Source of the DNA: Clostridia bacterium | GTDB taxonomy: Bacteria > Bacillota > Clostridia > UBA1212 > UBA1255 | DNA: 64,000 nt | Direction: 5' to 3' | NCBI GenBank assembly: GCA_045546695.1 | Contig: JAZQDE010000036.1 | Span: 46,035-110,034 of the forward strand | In this document: positions 40,647 to 51,136 of the stretch, one piece after another | How positions within the stretch are numbered: position 1 is the first letter of the stretch | Layout: each line of letters begins with the position of its first letter | Translations under genes and position numbers: made by a program | Notes under the pieces: model-generated | Told to the model about the DNA's origin: nothing | Seen by the model: only the letters and a program-made list of their open reading frames with translations | The model's database searches: none

Positions 40647-40831
40647 GACGATAACCAGATTAAAAGCGTCAGTGTCGTTTTCCAGGGCATTGCCGGAAAT
40701 TCTGACACAGCCGTATTCTACGTCTTCCTTAAGCGTCGCCTTGCCCTCGAGCACGACTTCAATAGTATTCTTATCTATAAACTTTACGGATTTGACTTTT
40801 TTACCCTCCAGTACCTGTGAAACACTGATTT

Positions 40832-42739
40832 TCACCAGCGTCCCGGACGTCCGCCACCGGGGCCGCCCGAACCTGAGCCGGGGTTCATACCGCCGGGACC
40901 CATACCGCCACCGCCACCGTTTCCGATTGTTGTAAGAATGGAAGATATTGTAAATTCCGCAACAAGTGTGCCGGAAGAGGTGCTTCCTGTGTACAGACCG
41001 TACGTTTCACCCTTTACAAGCAGAGGGGAAGAAATAATCACCGCCTGGTACTGCTTTTCAGGCTCAAATCTGATGATTGTTTCGCCGTCGGAATTTACGA
41101 TAGCAAGTTCATTCATAGATGAATTCAACGTAGCAACCACCGTGCATTGGGTAGAATTCGTAGACGGTGTCTCAAGCATATTGCTCGTGCCGGCACCAAT
41201 CAAAGTGCCGCCTGTTACCAGAATCTGGTAGCCGCCGTCGCCGCTGTCCAGAATACCGTTGCCACCGTTTGTAGGGCCGTGTACAACCGTAGTGCCACCA
41301 CTTATTGTCATATTTCCATTTGAATCCAGGCCGTCGCCCGAAGCATCAACGAATATATTTCCGCCACTGATGTTCAGCTCGCAAGTCGCAGCCGAACCAA
41401 TCGAGCCCACCGAGCCCGCCGAGCCCCACGAACCGGGTCTGCCCATACCGCCGGGACCGCCCATGCCCATGCCGCCGGTGCCGTTTGACGCATTAAAGCC
41501 GTCGTCACTCGCAACGACAGAAACATTTCCGCCCTCGACGTTGATCACGCACGCTTCAATGCCCTCGTACGAGCGCGTAACTGAAATATCGCCCGCCTTT
41601 ATACATATTTTGTTATCAGCATGAATGCCGTCGTCCTTTGCAGACAAAGTAATCACGCCGCCAATAATATCCAGAAAATCATTCGCGTGGAGTGTGTCGT
41701 CAGATGAAGACATCACGTCGACAGTGCCGCCGGCAATCAGCATCGCGTTATCGGATTTGATACCCTTAAGAGAAGCATTCACAAGCACGCTGCCGTCGTA
41801 AATCGCAACAGTCGTCACCGCCTGAATACCGTCCTCCCTTGAATTTACCACAATCTTGCCGCCGCAAATGCACACGAAGCCCTTCTTCGCGTCGTTTTCC
41901 TTAGAAGATTTGATGCCGTCGCCCTCCGAGTCAACAGTAATATTGGCATTGCGGATAACAACAAAGTCGTTACCTTTAATACCATTATTTACCGCCTCAA
42001 CCTTAAGCTCTGCATTAATAATCTTAAGCTCATCTTTGCAAGACAGGCCGTTATTAAAATTACCATCTATTTCCAGCGTGCCGCTGCCATTAATTGTAAG
42101 ACTTTTTTTGCTGAAAAGCGCGCCGTTCGGCTCGTAGCTGACCTCGCCCGTCGTCTCGTCCGTTTCAGTTGAAGCCTTGCTGTAATTGTCAGTATCTGCC
42201 AGCTTGTTCACCGTACCGCATGCAACAGTGATAACAACTTTTTTACCATTATTCAGATATACCGGCGCGTTATCCGAACAAGTAACATCAATACCATTGA
42301 AGATAAGGCGCACCTGATTTTCACCGGCCTCAACGTAAATCTGGCCGTCAGAAAGCTTGCCGGACAAAACATACGTGCCGCCGGCAGTGATTTTAACAAT
42401 AGTCTGGTTGTTTTCAGTGAAAACAGACACATTTTCGCTGTCTGAGCTCGTCGCAGCATCTTCAAGAGTTATTCTCACAAAGTCAGACGAAGAAAAATCA
42501 ACGGCGTCTTTTTCATCAAAATCACTATAATCGACATTCACGCCTGAAGTAACGCCGGCGAGCAGAACCTGCGGGTCCGTCGTCTCCTGCGAAGGCGCAT
42601 CGGTCGGAGTATTTTCATCAAAAAGACCGTCGATATCAGAAGCCATTTTACCTGAGCAGCCTGTGAAAATGAGGTTCGCTGTCAATACCAGAGCAACCAG
42701 AAAAACAAATATTTTTTTAGATTTCTGCAAGACAAACAC
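40832..42739 (-). CDS. Cthe_2159/DUF4353-type beta-helix carbohydrate-binding lipoprotein
   Basis: Lipobox FTGC; repeated DGI/DG motifs, GDGLDSNG; Gly/Met-rich GGPGG tail. Confidence 0.85.
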   Translation of the reverse strand: MFVLQKSKKIFVFLVALVLTANLIFTGCSGKMASDIDGLFDENTPTDAPSQETTDPQVLLAGVTSGVNVDYSDFDEKDAVDFSSSDFVRITLEDAATSSDSENVSVFTENNQTIVKITAGGTYVLSGKLSDGQIYVEAGENQVRLIFNGIDVTCSDNAPVYLNNGKKVVITVACGTVNKLADTDNYSKASTETDETTGEVSYEPNGALFSKKSLTINGSGTLEIDGNFNNGLSCKDELKIINAELKVEAVNNGIKGNDFVVIRNANITVDSEGDGIKSSKENDAKKGFVCICGGKIVVNSREDGIQAVTTVAIYDGSVLVNASLKGIKSDNAMLIAGGTVDVMSSSDDTLHANDFLDIIGGVITLSAKDDGIHADNKICIKAGDISVTRSYEGIEACVINVEGGNVSVVASDDGFNASNGTGGMGMGGPGGMGRPGSWGSAGSVGSIGSAATCELNISGGNIFVDASGDGLDSNGNMTISGGTTVVHGPTNGGNGILDSGDGGYQILVTGGTLIGAGTSNMLETPSTNSTQCTVVATLNSSMNELAIVNSDGETIIRFEPEKQYQAVIISSPLLVKGETYGLYTGSTSSGTLVAEFTISSILTTIGNGGGGGMGPGGMNPGSGSGGPGGGRPGRW

Positions 42740-42794
42740 CTCTGAATAATTATTTTACAAAAAAATTATAAATACGCTCTTTGTCTTTTATTTG

Positions 42795-43295
42795 TCATTT
42801 TTTTACGTATTCAGTGAAATAAAAATTACATTCCTGCCCATCTGATTCAGAATGAACGAGCTCGCTTACCTTGTCAAGCTGCCATGCCGGATCCTCATCA
42901 AGGTTGGGAAAATACGCGTCTTTTACGTATGATTTCTCAAATTTTGTAACGTATGCGCGGTCGCAATACGGCAGCATCTGCTTGTAAACACTGGCGCCGC
43001 CGATAACAAAAACGTCCTCGGAGGCATACTGTCTTGAAATCTCAACAGCCTCGTCGATGCTGTGTGCAACGATTGCGCCCTCCGGTGCGTAGTCGGCAGA
43101 CGGATGAAGCACGATGTTTACTCTGTTTTTAAGAACTCTGCCGCCGGGAAAAGTTGCCAGCGTGTTTGAGCCGAGGATAACGACTTTGCCTGTCGTCAGA
43201 GCGGCGAAGTTTTTAAGATCATCTTTTGAACGAACGAGCAGGTCGCCTTTGTAGCCGATGCCCCATTCTTTATCTACAGCAACAATTAGATTCAT
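42795..43295 (-). CDS. folA: Dihydrofolate reductase
   Basis: LIVAVD..WGIG, LKNRVNIV, FVIGGASVY, DAYFP; adjacent to thyA. Confidence 0.93.
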   Translation of the reverse strand: MNLIVAVDKEWGIGYKGDLLVRSKDDLKNFAALTTGKVVILGSNTLATFPGGRVLKNRVNIVLHPSADYAPEGAIVAHSIDEAVEISRQYASEDVFVIGGASVYKQMLPYCDRAYVTKFEKSYVKDAYFPNLDEDPAWQLDKVSELVHSESDGQECNFYFTEYVKK

Positions 43296-43310
43296 TTTAT
43301 GTACTCTCCT

Positions 43311-44141
43311 TTAAATAGCAACTTCAAAACGGCCGACCTTTTCACCGTGAACGTAGTTTTCAACAGTAAAGCTGTCTGGTGTAAACCGGTAAAAATCTTT
43401 GATTGATTTGTCTAAAGTAACCTTCGGCGCGTCGTATGCCTCGCGGTTGATGAGCTCTTCTACAATCGGAATGTGTCTGTCGTAGATGTGGGCGTCGGCG
43501 ATAACGTGAACGAGCTCGCCGGGCTCTAAATCTGACACCTGAGCGAACATGTAAACGAGCGCTGCGTACTGGGCAACGTTCCAGGCATTGGCAGCGAGCA
43601 TATCCTGCGAACGCTGGTTGAGGATTGCGCAGAGTTTGCCGCCTACTACATTAAAAGTCATGCTGTATGCGCAAGGATAAAGTGCCATTTCATGTAAATC
43701 CTGGAAATTATATAAGTTTGTCATGATGCGGCGGCTTGCGGGGTTGTGCTTAAGGTCGTAAAGAACTCTGTCAACCATGTCAAACTCGCCCTCTTTATAC
43801 TTGTGTTTTACGCCCATCTGGTATCCGTACGCCTTGCCGATTGAGCCCGTCTCGTCAGCCCAGCTGTCCCAGATATGGCTGCCAAGATCGTTAATATTAT
43901 TTGACTTTTTCTGCCAGATCCAGAGAATCTCGTCGATAGCGGCAGAGAGCTTAATCGGTCTGATTGTTATGAGTGGAAACTCTTTGCTGAGATCGTATCT
44001 GTTTACCACACCGAATTTTTTAATTGTGTATGCAGGTGTGCCGTCCGGCCACTTTGGTCTGACATTTCCTTCCGTAACTTTAACGCCATTTTCAATAATG
44101 TCTCTGCAGGTGTTGATAAAAGCTATGTCTGCGCTACTCAT
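43311..44141 (-). CDS. thyA: Thymidylate synthase
   Basis: IWDSWAD, AYGYQ, SRR, MALYPC, QRSQD, DAHIYDRH. Confidence 0.95.
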   Translation of the reverse strand: MSSADIAFINTCRDIIENGVKVTEGNVRPKWPDGTPAYTIKKFGVVNRYDLSKEFPLITIRPIKLSAAIDEILWIWQKKSNNINDLGSHIWDSWADETGSIGKAYGYQMGVKHKYKEGEFDMVDRVLYDLKHNPASRRIMTNLYNFQDLHEMALYPCAYSMTFNVVGGKLCAILNQRSQDMLAANAWNVAQYAALVYMFAQVSDLEPGELVHVIADAHIYDRHIPIVEELINREAYDAPKVTLDKSIKDFYRFTPDSFTVENYVHGEKVGRFEVAI

Positions 44142-44159
44142 TTTGTTTCCCTCCAAATT

Positions 44160-45164
44160 TTAAATCAATAAATTCCATTCAAGAACTTCGTTTTCTATGT
44201 CATATTTTAACACGCAATACGCGGTCATATCAATAATTTCTCCCTTAAAATCGTATTCGACCGTTTTGTACAGGAGTGTCACAACGTATTCGTACACGTC
44301 ACCGATTTCATTTTCTTGCTCTAACTTGTACTGCGAATCCATCTTGTAGCCGTTCGTTTTGAGAAGCTCTATATAGTCGCTCGCCTCCGTGTCGCTTACC
44401 AGCACATATTTTGCTCCCCACTCGTTTTTCGGCTTTGTGCCCTCTTTATTTTCACCGAGGAAAGCAAAAAATGTATTTTGGGAGTAAATGCCATTTACAA
44501 ATATTGGAACAAATTCCTGCGGAATGTCGTCGTAAAGTCCGTTTTCGAGCAAGAGGCGTTTGAAGTCCGAGTTTATGTTCGCTCTGATTCTGTACACCTG
44601 GATATCCGCGCCGTTTGGCACCGCGTAAAACGTCTCGTATATAATGCACGCAAGTTCGCCGTTTGTAAGTTCGGAAATAGGCTCCGCAGTTACGGCCGGC
44701 TCTTCCTCTACGTATCCGAGCGCCAGCGCCGCCATCGCATACGCCTGCTCAGAAGAGATCGGATCGTCAGCCTTAGCTCCCGCCGGCATAAGGTCCGGCA
44801 CCGCATCAATATTAAGATATTTGTAGTACAGATACATCTCGTCTTCATTAAGAAGCTGCCCGTCAACACCATCTATATTGTACGCCCCCTGCATCCTTTT
44901 AAAGGAAATAACAGCCGTGCCCATTTTCGCTTTTGTTTCCAGAAAATCCCTGAACTGCGTATCGTCAATGCCTTCCTCGTATCCGGTGAAAATGCCAAGG
45001 CGGCCAAGCAGTATCGCCTCTTCGTAGCCGACACTGTACGAATTTACCCTGAAATGTGAAATAAAAGCAGAAGCAATAACTGTCACAACAAGGCAAAACG
45101 TTGCGATTTTTCTTAGGTATTTATCTTTGAATGCTTCTACTTTTGTCATTTTTTCATTAGTCAC
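44160..45164 (-). CDS. Hypothetical secreted/membrane-anchored protein with degenerate SLH-like region
   Basis: N-terminal TM; LGRLGIFTGY, PISSEQA..M.ALALGY. Confidence 0.55.
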   Translation of the reverse strand: MTNEKMTKVEAFKDKYLRKIATFCLVVTVIASAFISHFRVNSYSVGYEEAILLGRLGIFTGYEEGIDDTQFRDFLETKAKMGTAVISFKRMQGAYNIDGVDGQLLNEDEMYLYYKYLNIDAVPDLMPAGAKADDPISSEQAYAMAALALGYVEEEPAVTAEPISELTNGELACIIYETFYAVPNGADIQVYRIRANINSDFKRLLLENGLYDDIPQEFVPIFVNGIYSQNTFFAFLGENKEGTKPKNEWGAKYVLVSDTEASDYIELLKTNGYKMDSQYKLEQENEIGDVYEYVVTLLYKTVEYDFKGEIIDMTAYCVLKYDIENEVLEWNLLI

Positions 45165-45729
45165 GTAGCTTTTTCAGCTTGGATTTAATACGTTGAAGCG
45201 CATTATCAATGGCCTTCTCGTCTTTATTTAATATTTCCGATATTTCCCTGTAAGTCTTTCCCGCCATGTATAGCTTCAATACTGACATTTCAAACTTACT
45301 GAGAAGTTCACCAGCCTTTTCACGGAGAATATCGTAAGATTCTGCCGTAATAAACTGTTCTTCGGGACTACTTACAAACCAGTCAAGATTTGTCTGTTCG
45401 TCGATTGAAACATATTCGTTCAGCGGTTTATGCTTTATCCTTTGTGCCATTTTTATAGCTGTAAGAATCTGGGTTTTTATACATAATCTGGAATATATCT
45501 CAAAACTCACATTCTTTTCACTGCTATACGTGCAGATAGCTTTGTAGAGCCCGATCATGCCTTCCTGCACGATGTCTTCGCCTTCTGCCCCCACGAGGTA
45601 AAAAGCCCTGGCTACTGAGCGCACCGCCAGCTTATATTTGTCAAGCAGGTACTCGCACGCAGATTCATCTCCATTGCGGGCCAGCTCAACATAATATTCA
45701 TCGCTATGTTCGTTATTGTTTGTAGGCAA
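45157..45729 (-). CDS. sigH: RNA polymerase sigma-H-like factor
   Basis: EDIVQEGMIGLYKAI, QILTAIK, KHKPLN, IDNALQRIKSKL; next to cysS. Confidence 0.85.
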   Translation of the reverse strand: MPTNNNEHSDEYYVELARNGDESACEYLLDKYKLAVRSVARAFYLVGAEGEDIVQEGMIGLYKAICTYSSEKNVSFEIYSRLCIKTQILTAIKMAQRIKHKPLNEYVSIDEQTNLDWFVSSPEEQFITAESYDILREKAGELLSKFEMSVLKLYMAGKTYREISEILNKDEKAIDNALQRIKSKLKKLRD

Positions 45730-47191
45730 TTTTCACGCCGTCCTTTGTATCAGTCAGAACAATACCCATCTCAAGCAGCTTTGCGCGGATCTCGTCAGCC
45801 AATGCGTATTGTTTGTCCTTCTTTGCCTGTGTTCTTTGTGCAACAAGCTCCATAATCTCGTCGCTGAAAGTCTGTTCTTCTGCCGCCGCATCGCCAATCT
45901 TTGCCACTTCTTTTTCCATATCAAGGCCAAGAATAACGTCTGTAGCTACGACAAAGTCGTAAATTTTCTTGCTTTTCACCGGGTGTCTGAGTGCATTCCA
46001 TACAACACCGAGGGCCAGCGGAATGTTCAGGTCGTCGTTTACTGCGTTGTCGAACTCTGATTTGAAAACGTCGAGGATATTTTTACCAACGTTCTCGTCG
46101 TTGTAGCCTGCCATTTTGCTGTCAGCTTCGATTGTCTGTGTGATCTCAACGTCGCCTGCGTCCTTGTGCTTTTTGAGCGCCTCATAGAAGTGCTGGAGTG
46201 ACGCCTTGGCTGCTGCCAGAGAATCCCATGTGAAGTTCAGTTTGTTTCTGTAGTTACCGTTTAAGCAGAAATATCTGTAGCATAATGGTGAAAAGCCCTT
46301 TTCACCGAGGTTGTCGATCGTATAAGTATTGCCGAGGCTCTTTGACATTTTACCATTATTTACCAGAAGGAACTCTGCGTGCATCCAGTATTGTGTCACC
46401 TTTTTACCTGTCAGTGCTTCTGACTGGGCAATCTCGTTCTCGTGGTGGATCGGAATATGGTCAACGCCGCCTGTGTGGATGTCAAACTCGTCGCCGAGAT
46501 AGAGCTTTGCGAGTGTTGAGCATTCGATGTGCCATCCCGGATAACCCATTCCCCACGGGCTGGGCCATTGCATGATGTGCTCTTTTGGAGCTTTGATCCA
46601 GAGTGCAAAGTCTGAAGGATGACGTTTTTCGATATTCTCGTCAACTCTCTCGCTCGCGCCTGCAATCTGCTCTTCGAAGTTCATGCGTGAGAGCTTACCA
46701 TAATTTGGGAATTTTGAAATGTCATAGTAGATGCCGTCGCTCGTTTCATATGCAACGCCTACTTCGAGGAGCTTTACGACGAAATCTATCATGTCATTTA
46801 TGTGATTCGTTACTTTTTCGATTATTTCCGGAAGATCGATGTTCAGTCTTGCAAGGTCGCCAAAGAATATTTTTGTGTAATATTCCGCAATCTCCCATGG
46901 TGACTTCTGCTGCTCTTTGGCAGCCTTTACCATCTTGTCTTCGCCGTCATCTGCGTCAGACACTAAGTGTCCTACGTCCGTTATGTTCATAACATGTTTA
47001 AGCTTGTATCCGTTATATTTGAGGACTCTTCTGAGAGTGTCCATGAAAATGTATGTTCTGAGGTTGCCGATGTGGGCGTAGTTGTATACTGTAGGTCCGC
47101 AAGAATATATGGAAATCTCATTGCCGCTGAGTGGCTTTAATTCTTCCTTTCTTCTTGTGAGTGTATTATAAATCATTAATTTTCCGGCCAT
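45713..47191 (-). CDS. cysS: Cysteinyl-tRNA synthetase
   Basis: CGPTVY..HIGN, PGWHIEC, HHENE, KMSKS. Confidence 0.97.
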   Translation of the reverse strand: MAGKLMIYNTLTRRKEELKPLSGNEISIYSCGPTVYNYAHIGNLRTYIFMDTLRRVLKYNGYKLKHVMNITDVGHLVSDADDGEDKMVKAAKEQQKSPWEIAEYYTKIFFGDLARLNIDLPEIIEKVTNHINDMIDFVVKLLEVGVAYETSDGIYYDISKFPNYGKLSRMNFEEQIAGASERVDENIEKRHPSDFALWIKAPKEHIMQWPSPWGMGYPGWHIECSTLAKLYLGDEFDIHTGGVDHIPIHHENEIAQSEALTGKKVTQYWMHAEFLLVNNGKMSKSLGNTYTIDNLGEKGFSPLCYRYFCLNGNYRNKLNFTWDSLAAAKASLQHFYEALKKHKDAGDVEITQTIEADSKMAGYNDENVGKNILDVFKSEFDNAVNDDLNIPLALGVVWNALRHPVKSKKIYDFVVATDVILGLDMEKEVAKIGDAAAEEQTFSDEIMELVAQRTQAKKDKQYALADEIRAKLLEMGIVLTDTKDGVKIAYKQ

Positions 47192-47303
47192 TTTTAAATC
47201 ACCTTTCTTATTTTCGGGTCACTGGTTATTTTATCATAGAAAAAAAATAATGACAACGCATAACATTAATTGTACTACGTTGTCTTGTGACTGCTACTAA
47301 AAA

Positions 47304-47511
47304 AGAAAGCCCCGAAATGCCGCCCCCGAATTTTGACACCTAGCCGTGCTAGGTGGGTATCTTGTGTGATATCGCAATCCTCCGCCGCCGTCGGCCGAAC
47401 CGGTACGGAATTAGCTTGCGGCCCGATTTTAAAATCATCTAACTAAAGAGTCCCTCTTATGTGATGTAGGTTCAAAATGCGGGTTCTTGTCGAACACCCC
47501 AGGAAGCTTTC
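47304..47511 (-). ncRNA. ssrS: 6S RNA
   Basis: Minus strand GAAAGCTTCCTGGGGTGTTCG..TTGAACC..ACCCACCT..TCAAAA..CGGCA..GGGGCTTTC: rod-like closing stem with Firmicutes 6S motifs, followed by a U tract. Confidence 0.8.
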
Positions 47512-47564
47512 CCCTATTTTGTGTTTTCATTATACCTGCTATGCGCCGTTTGTGCAACAGGAAA

Positions 47565-48266
47565 TTATTTCATTATGTTACATATTATGCCAAAGTCTTC
47601 AACCGTGGTTACTTTGATATTATACTTGTCGCCATCTACAATCGCCGTCTGTATCCCGCTGAAAAACGTCAGCTGGCTGTCGTCTGTTATCTGGGCAGCA
47701 TCAAGTTCGCCGCTGTCGATTTTTTCCTGTATTTGTCTGTGTGCTGTGGAAATAATTCCCAGTCTGAAGCTTTGTGGTGTCTGTACGATGTACGTTTTTT
47801 TGCGGTCAACGTATCCTGCCACAAGCTTGTTTTCATCGCCGCTCAGCAGTGTGTCCTGGCTCAGATATGCCGTTACCGCCGCGCTCTTTTCACCTGCAAT
47901 TTTTATGTTCTGTGAAATAATCTGCGCGCTGACGTTCGGTCTTGCCGCGTCGTGTATCAGTACGATATCGTCCGGTGAAAAGTGGCCATCCAGATACATT
48001 ACGCCGTTATACGACGACTCTCTGCGGTCACTTCCGCCCGGTATGATGTCGTCGACGCTGCAATTATGTGCATCAAGAAGCTTTTTTACATATTCTATCT
48101 GCTCTTTTGCGGCAACAACAAAAACGCGGTCAATTTCGGGATGCATGGCAAACCTGCTCACCGTATGTACGAGCATCGGTTTGCCATTTATTTCCATATA
48201 TTGTTTTGGTTTGCCATCACTTATCCGCAGGCCTGCGCCTCCGGCAAGTATAAGTGCTATGTTCAT
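47565..48266 (-). CDS. ispD: IspD/TarI cytidylyltransferase
   Basis: LAGGAGLR..PKQY, GGSDRRES, IHDAARP, QTPQSF, TDD, NIKVTT.ED. Confidence 0.88.
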   Translation of the reverse strand: MNIALILAGGAGLRISDGKPKQYMEINGKPMLVHTVSRFAMHPEIDRVFVVAAKEQIEYVKKLLDAHNCSVDDIIPGGSDRRESSYNGVMYLDGHFSPDDIVLIHDAARPNVSAQIISQNIKIAGEKSAAVTAYLSQDTLLSGDENKLVAGYVDRKKTYIVQTPQSFRLGIISTAHRQIQEKIDSGELDAAQITDDSQLTFFSGIQTAIVDGDKYNIKVTTVEDFGIICNIMK

Positions 48267-48274
48267 CGTGCGTC

Positions 48275-49231
48275 TCAGAATTCCGGTTCTTCAAATGATA
48301 TCTTGTCTTCAAGATATGCCATGTACGCAAGGCCGCTCTCTGTGCCTTCGAACTCAAGAACGAGCCAGTCGTATCCTGTGGTGGTCTCTGACATAGGAAT
48401 GAAGTCAACAACTGTTATCATCTCGCCAACGCTGAGTGTTGCAAGTACTTTGGCTCCTGTTGTAGCCTGTTCACGTACGTTCATTGGATCTGTAATCCAC
48501 ATTGTCCATGGATTTTCCTCGGTCGGATATGTGTCGATATTTTTTGTTGATAATTTATCAGCAAGATATGCCATGTAGGCAACGCCGTTTTCACCGCCCT
48601 CAAATTCGATAGCAAGCCAGTCATATTCTGTCTGTGTCTCTTCTTTTGTGAGGATGCCAATAACTGTAATCTGAGTGCCAACGCCAAGTGTCGTAAGTGC
48701 CTCGCCGCTTGTGGAAGGTGTCTTGCGTACGTTCATTGGATCGATAACCCACATTGTCTTCGGATTGTCTTCTGTCGGAGCGTCCGGATCTTCGTCTGTT
48801 AAGTTCTCTTCAAGGTATGCAATCCATGCTGTCTCGCCGTTGTATTTTATTGCCATGTAGTCATACTCAGGTCCTTCGAATTCTTCGAACTGATCGTATA
48901 CTTCATCGTATGTAAGATATTGGAAAACGTCAATTCTTACGCCTGCAGCAAGTGTAGTGATCAATTCGCCGCCCGGTGTCTTACGAATGTTCATCGGTGC
49001 TGTGATCCAAAGAGTCATGGGTTCTTCTTCGCTCGGTCCTTTTGTCGGCTCAGGTGTCGGCGTCGGTACCGGTGTCGGTGTCGGTACGGGTGATGGTGTC
49101 GGTACAGGTGTAGGTGCCATTGTAGCTGCCGGGGCCTTTGAAGCTGCGGGCTCTTCGTCTCCGCCGCATGCTACGAATGCGCATGTGATTAGGCTAAGAG
49201 CCAATACGAGTATCATTACTTTTTTAAGCAT
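48275..49231 (-). CDS. Lipoprotein with PT linker and three tandem SH3b-like repeats
   Basis: Lipobox FVAC; (PT)n; 3 x TMWI.DPMNVR..P..L..G..I.V..YDW. Confidence 0.8.
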   Translation of the reverse strand: MLKKVMILVLALSLITCAFVACGGDEEPAASKAPAATMAPTPVPTPSPVPTPTPVPTPTPEPTKGPSEEEPMTLWITAPMNIRKTPGGELITTLAAGVRIDVFQYLTYDEVYDQFEEFEGPEYDYMAIKYNGETAWIAYLEENLTDEDPDAPTEDNPKTMWVIDPMNVRKTPSTSGEALTTLGVGTQITVIGILTKEETQTEYDWLAIEFEGGENGVAYMAYLADKLSTKNIDTYPTEENPWTMWITDPMNVREQATTGAKVLATLSVGEMITVVDFIPMSETTTGYDWLVLEFEGTESGLAYMAYLEDKISFEEPEF

Positions 49232-49421
49232 AGAAATCTTCTCCTTTTTCTCGAAATTAGTTGTGAGTATTTTAACAATCCGCCGGGAGCTTGACAAGTC
49301 TTTTCGTAAAAATATTGCAGATGAAATTTTCGGGAGTTGGGGCTTTGCGGGGCGACGAGTGGATAACCTTCTAATAACAGCACTCTATATTAGAAAGGCA
49401 AAATCTATTGTCGTTCCAACC

Positions 49422-49730
49422 TTACTTCAGAATACGGTTTATAATGCCAAGAATCATCAGCATATCGCTCTCGCTCAGCTGTTTCATTCCTTCTATAGCT
49501 TTTTGAATCAGTTCAGGATTTTGAGTTGAATTATCAAAAAACTGTTGCGGTGTGATTTCGAAGTAATCACAAATAGCAAAAAATTCCTTTAGTGGAGGTA
49601 GCGCCTTCCCTGATGAAATATTGTAAACATATCCTCTGCTGTGTCCTAAGTCATAACTCATCTGATACTCAGAAACACCCTTTTTTAATCGCAATTGTGT
49701 AATGCGTTCCTTGACAAAATTTTCATACAT
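49422..49730 (-). CDS. XRE-family HTH regulator
   Basis: RITQLRLKKGVSEYQMSYDLGHSRGYVYNISSG. Confidence 0.88.
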   Translation of the reverse strand: MYENFVKERITQLRLKKGVSEYQMSYDLGHSRGYVYNISSGKALPPLKEFFAICDYFEITPQQFFDNSTQNPELIQKAIEGMKQLSESDMLMILGIINRILK

Positions 49731-49894
49731 TGTAATCACCTCTTAGTTACAATGATAACGGTTGCCCTATGCAGATTAGTCGTGAAATGTTTGTTGTAAT
49801 TATTGTTTTATCCAAATATATATGTTATTATATGGAAAGTAGTCATTATATTTTGACTGATATCATTTAATAACAACGGAAAGAGGTTTGTATT

Positions 49895-50434
49895 ATGAAT
49901 AACAAAGTATCTATTGTAGGCGTTAACAACAACGCAATATGTTTTGACTTCGACGAGAAAATCGTATATTTCTTTCGTAAGGGTTGGGCATCAAAGGCTC
50001 TGAAGTTAGTAGATATAGCTGTTCCGTTTGACAAAATAACGGCTATTGAATTTATACGTCCCGAAACATGGGCTTCAGGAAGAATATCTTTAATTGTCGA
50101 AGGCAATCGTCTTTTGGCCGAAGATCAATTTGAGAACAACGCATCTGAACTCTCACTAGGAGACAGTATGTATAGTGCCCTAAAAGAGGCGGTTGACAGA
50201 TTAATTCAGGAATATCCTGATATCCAGCTGGTAACGGAAGGAAATCTGGACGTGCCGAAAACTAAAAACCAGAGAGAATATGCTACAACCGTCACCTATG
50301 AATCCTTTATAAAAGATAGCGACACTCCTGTACATACTGTAAAGACAAAAGGAATGTCTGTTGGCGCTTTAATTACAGTTGCTGTTATTGGGCTTGCTTG
50401 TATCGCTCTCATGGCCATAATCATGATGAAATGA
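49895..50434 (+). CDS. Hypothetical protein (PH-like N-terminus, C-terminal TM)
   Basis: GAGG RBS; IAVPFDKITAIEF; hydrophobic tail. Confidence 0.6.
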   Translation: MNNKVSIVGVNNNAICFDFDEKIVYFFRKGWASKALKLVDIAVPFDKITAIEFIRPETWASGRISLIVEGNRLLAEDQFENNASELSLGDSMYSALKEAVDRLIQEYPDIQLVTEGNLDVPKTKNQREYATTVTYESFIKDSDTPVHTVKTKGMSVGALITVAVIGLACIALMAIIMMK

Positions 50435-50443
50435 GGTGGAGAC

Positions 50444-50683
50444 ATGAGAAATATTATATATATTCTTCTGGTTTGCCTTGTTATTGTTACCATAGTTGCA
50501 TTATTTACTTTTGATTCCGATAAGACAGAAAGTAGTCATAAAACAGAAAGTAGTCATAAAACAGAAGAAATAGAGCATCACTACTGTTATGTATGTGGAG
50601 AAAAATGCAAATTAAAATATGGTTCTAACTATTACTGTGCGACTCACTGGGCTATGGTTAAAACTATAGTCGAGGCAGAATAA
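50444..50683 (+). CDS. Small membrane protein with Cys/His cluster
   Basis: N-terminal TM, KTESSH x2, CYVCGEKC..YCATH. Confidence 0.6.
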   Translation: MRNIIYILLVCLVIVTIVALFTFDSDKTESSHKTESSHKTEEIEHHYCYVCGEKCKLKYGSNYYCATHWAMVKTIVEAE

Positions 50684-50782
50684 AATCTTGACTTTTTTCA
50701 TGAGAAGTTTTTTAAATATTAAGTTGCAATTATAGATAAAAGTTGTAATTCTCATATGTAAATCATGGAGGGTAGATAACAA

Positions 50783-51136
50783 ATGAAAAAAACAACAACA
50801 CGCGTTTCAATGAATCTGTTAGGCTTAGTGGCTCTGATTTGTGTATACTTTATGGTCAAGAACAATGCTCCCCTGTTTCTGATTACCTTAGTAATCGTTG
50901 TTGCAGCTTGCCTTTTCCTATCTCCATACAAGCCACTGATAATGGTCGGTGTATGCGTTGTTTTTATTATGATAGGACTCGCCGGGGCATTTTTCTTTTG
51001 GTTTACTTCTAACGGAATGTCTGAATTTGATACAGTTGTGCTTTGCCTGTGCTTAGCCGGATCAAGTCTCATATGTATTCCAATCTCCCTCATTATCGGA
51101 GCGATTATGGAAACCGTCAGCAAGGGGAAAGAATAG
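50783..51136 (+). CDS. Small integral membrane protein
   Basis: GGAGG RBS; 4 hydrophobic segments. Confidence 0.6.
   Translation: MKKTTTRVSMNLLGLVALICVYFMVKNNAPLFLITLVIVVAACLFLSPYKPLIMVGVCVVFIMIGLAGAFFFWFTSNGMSEFDTVVLCLCLAGSSLICIPISLIIGAIMETVSKGKE

Noticed and set aside
40569-40835. 88-aa ORF after the Cthe_2159-like gene
   Set aside because: It runs through a strong terminator hairpin and has no RBS; at most a gene remnant.
47200-47520. T-box leader for cysS
   Set aside because: No convincing T-box/antiterminator motif; the sequence fits 6S RNA better.
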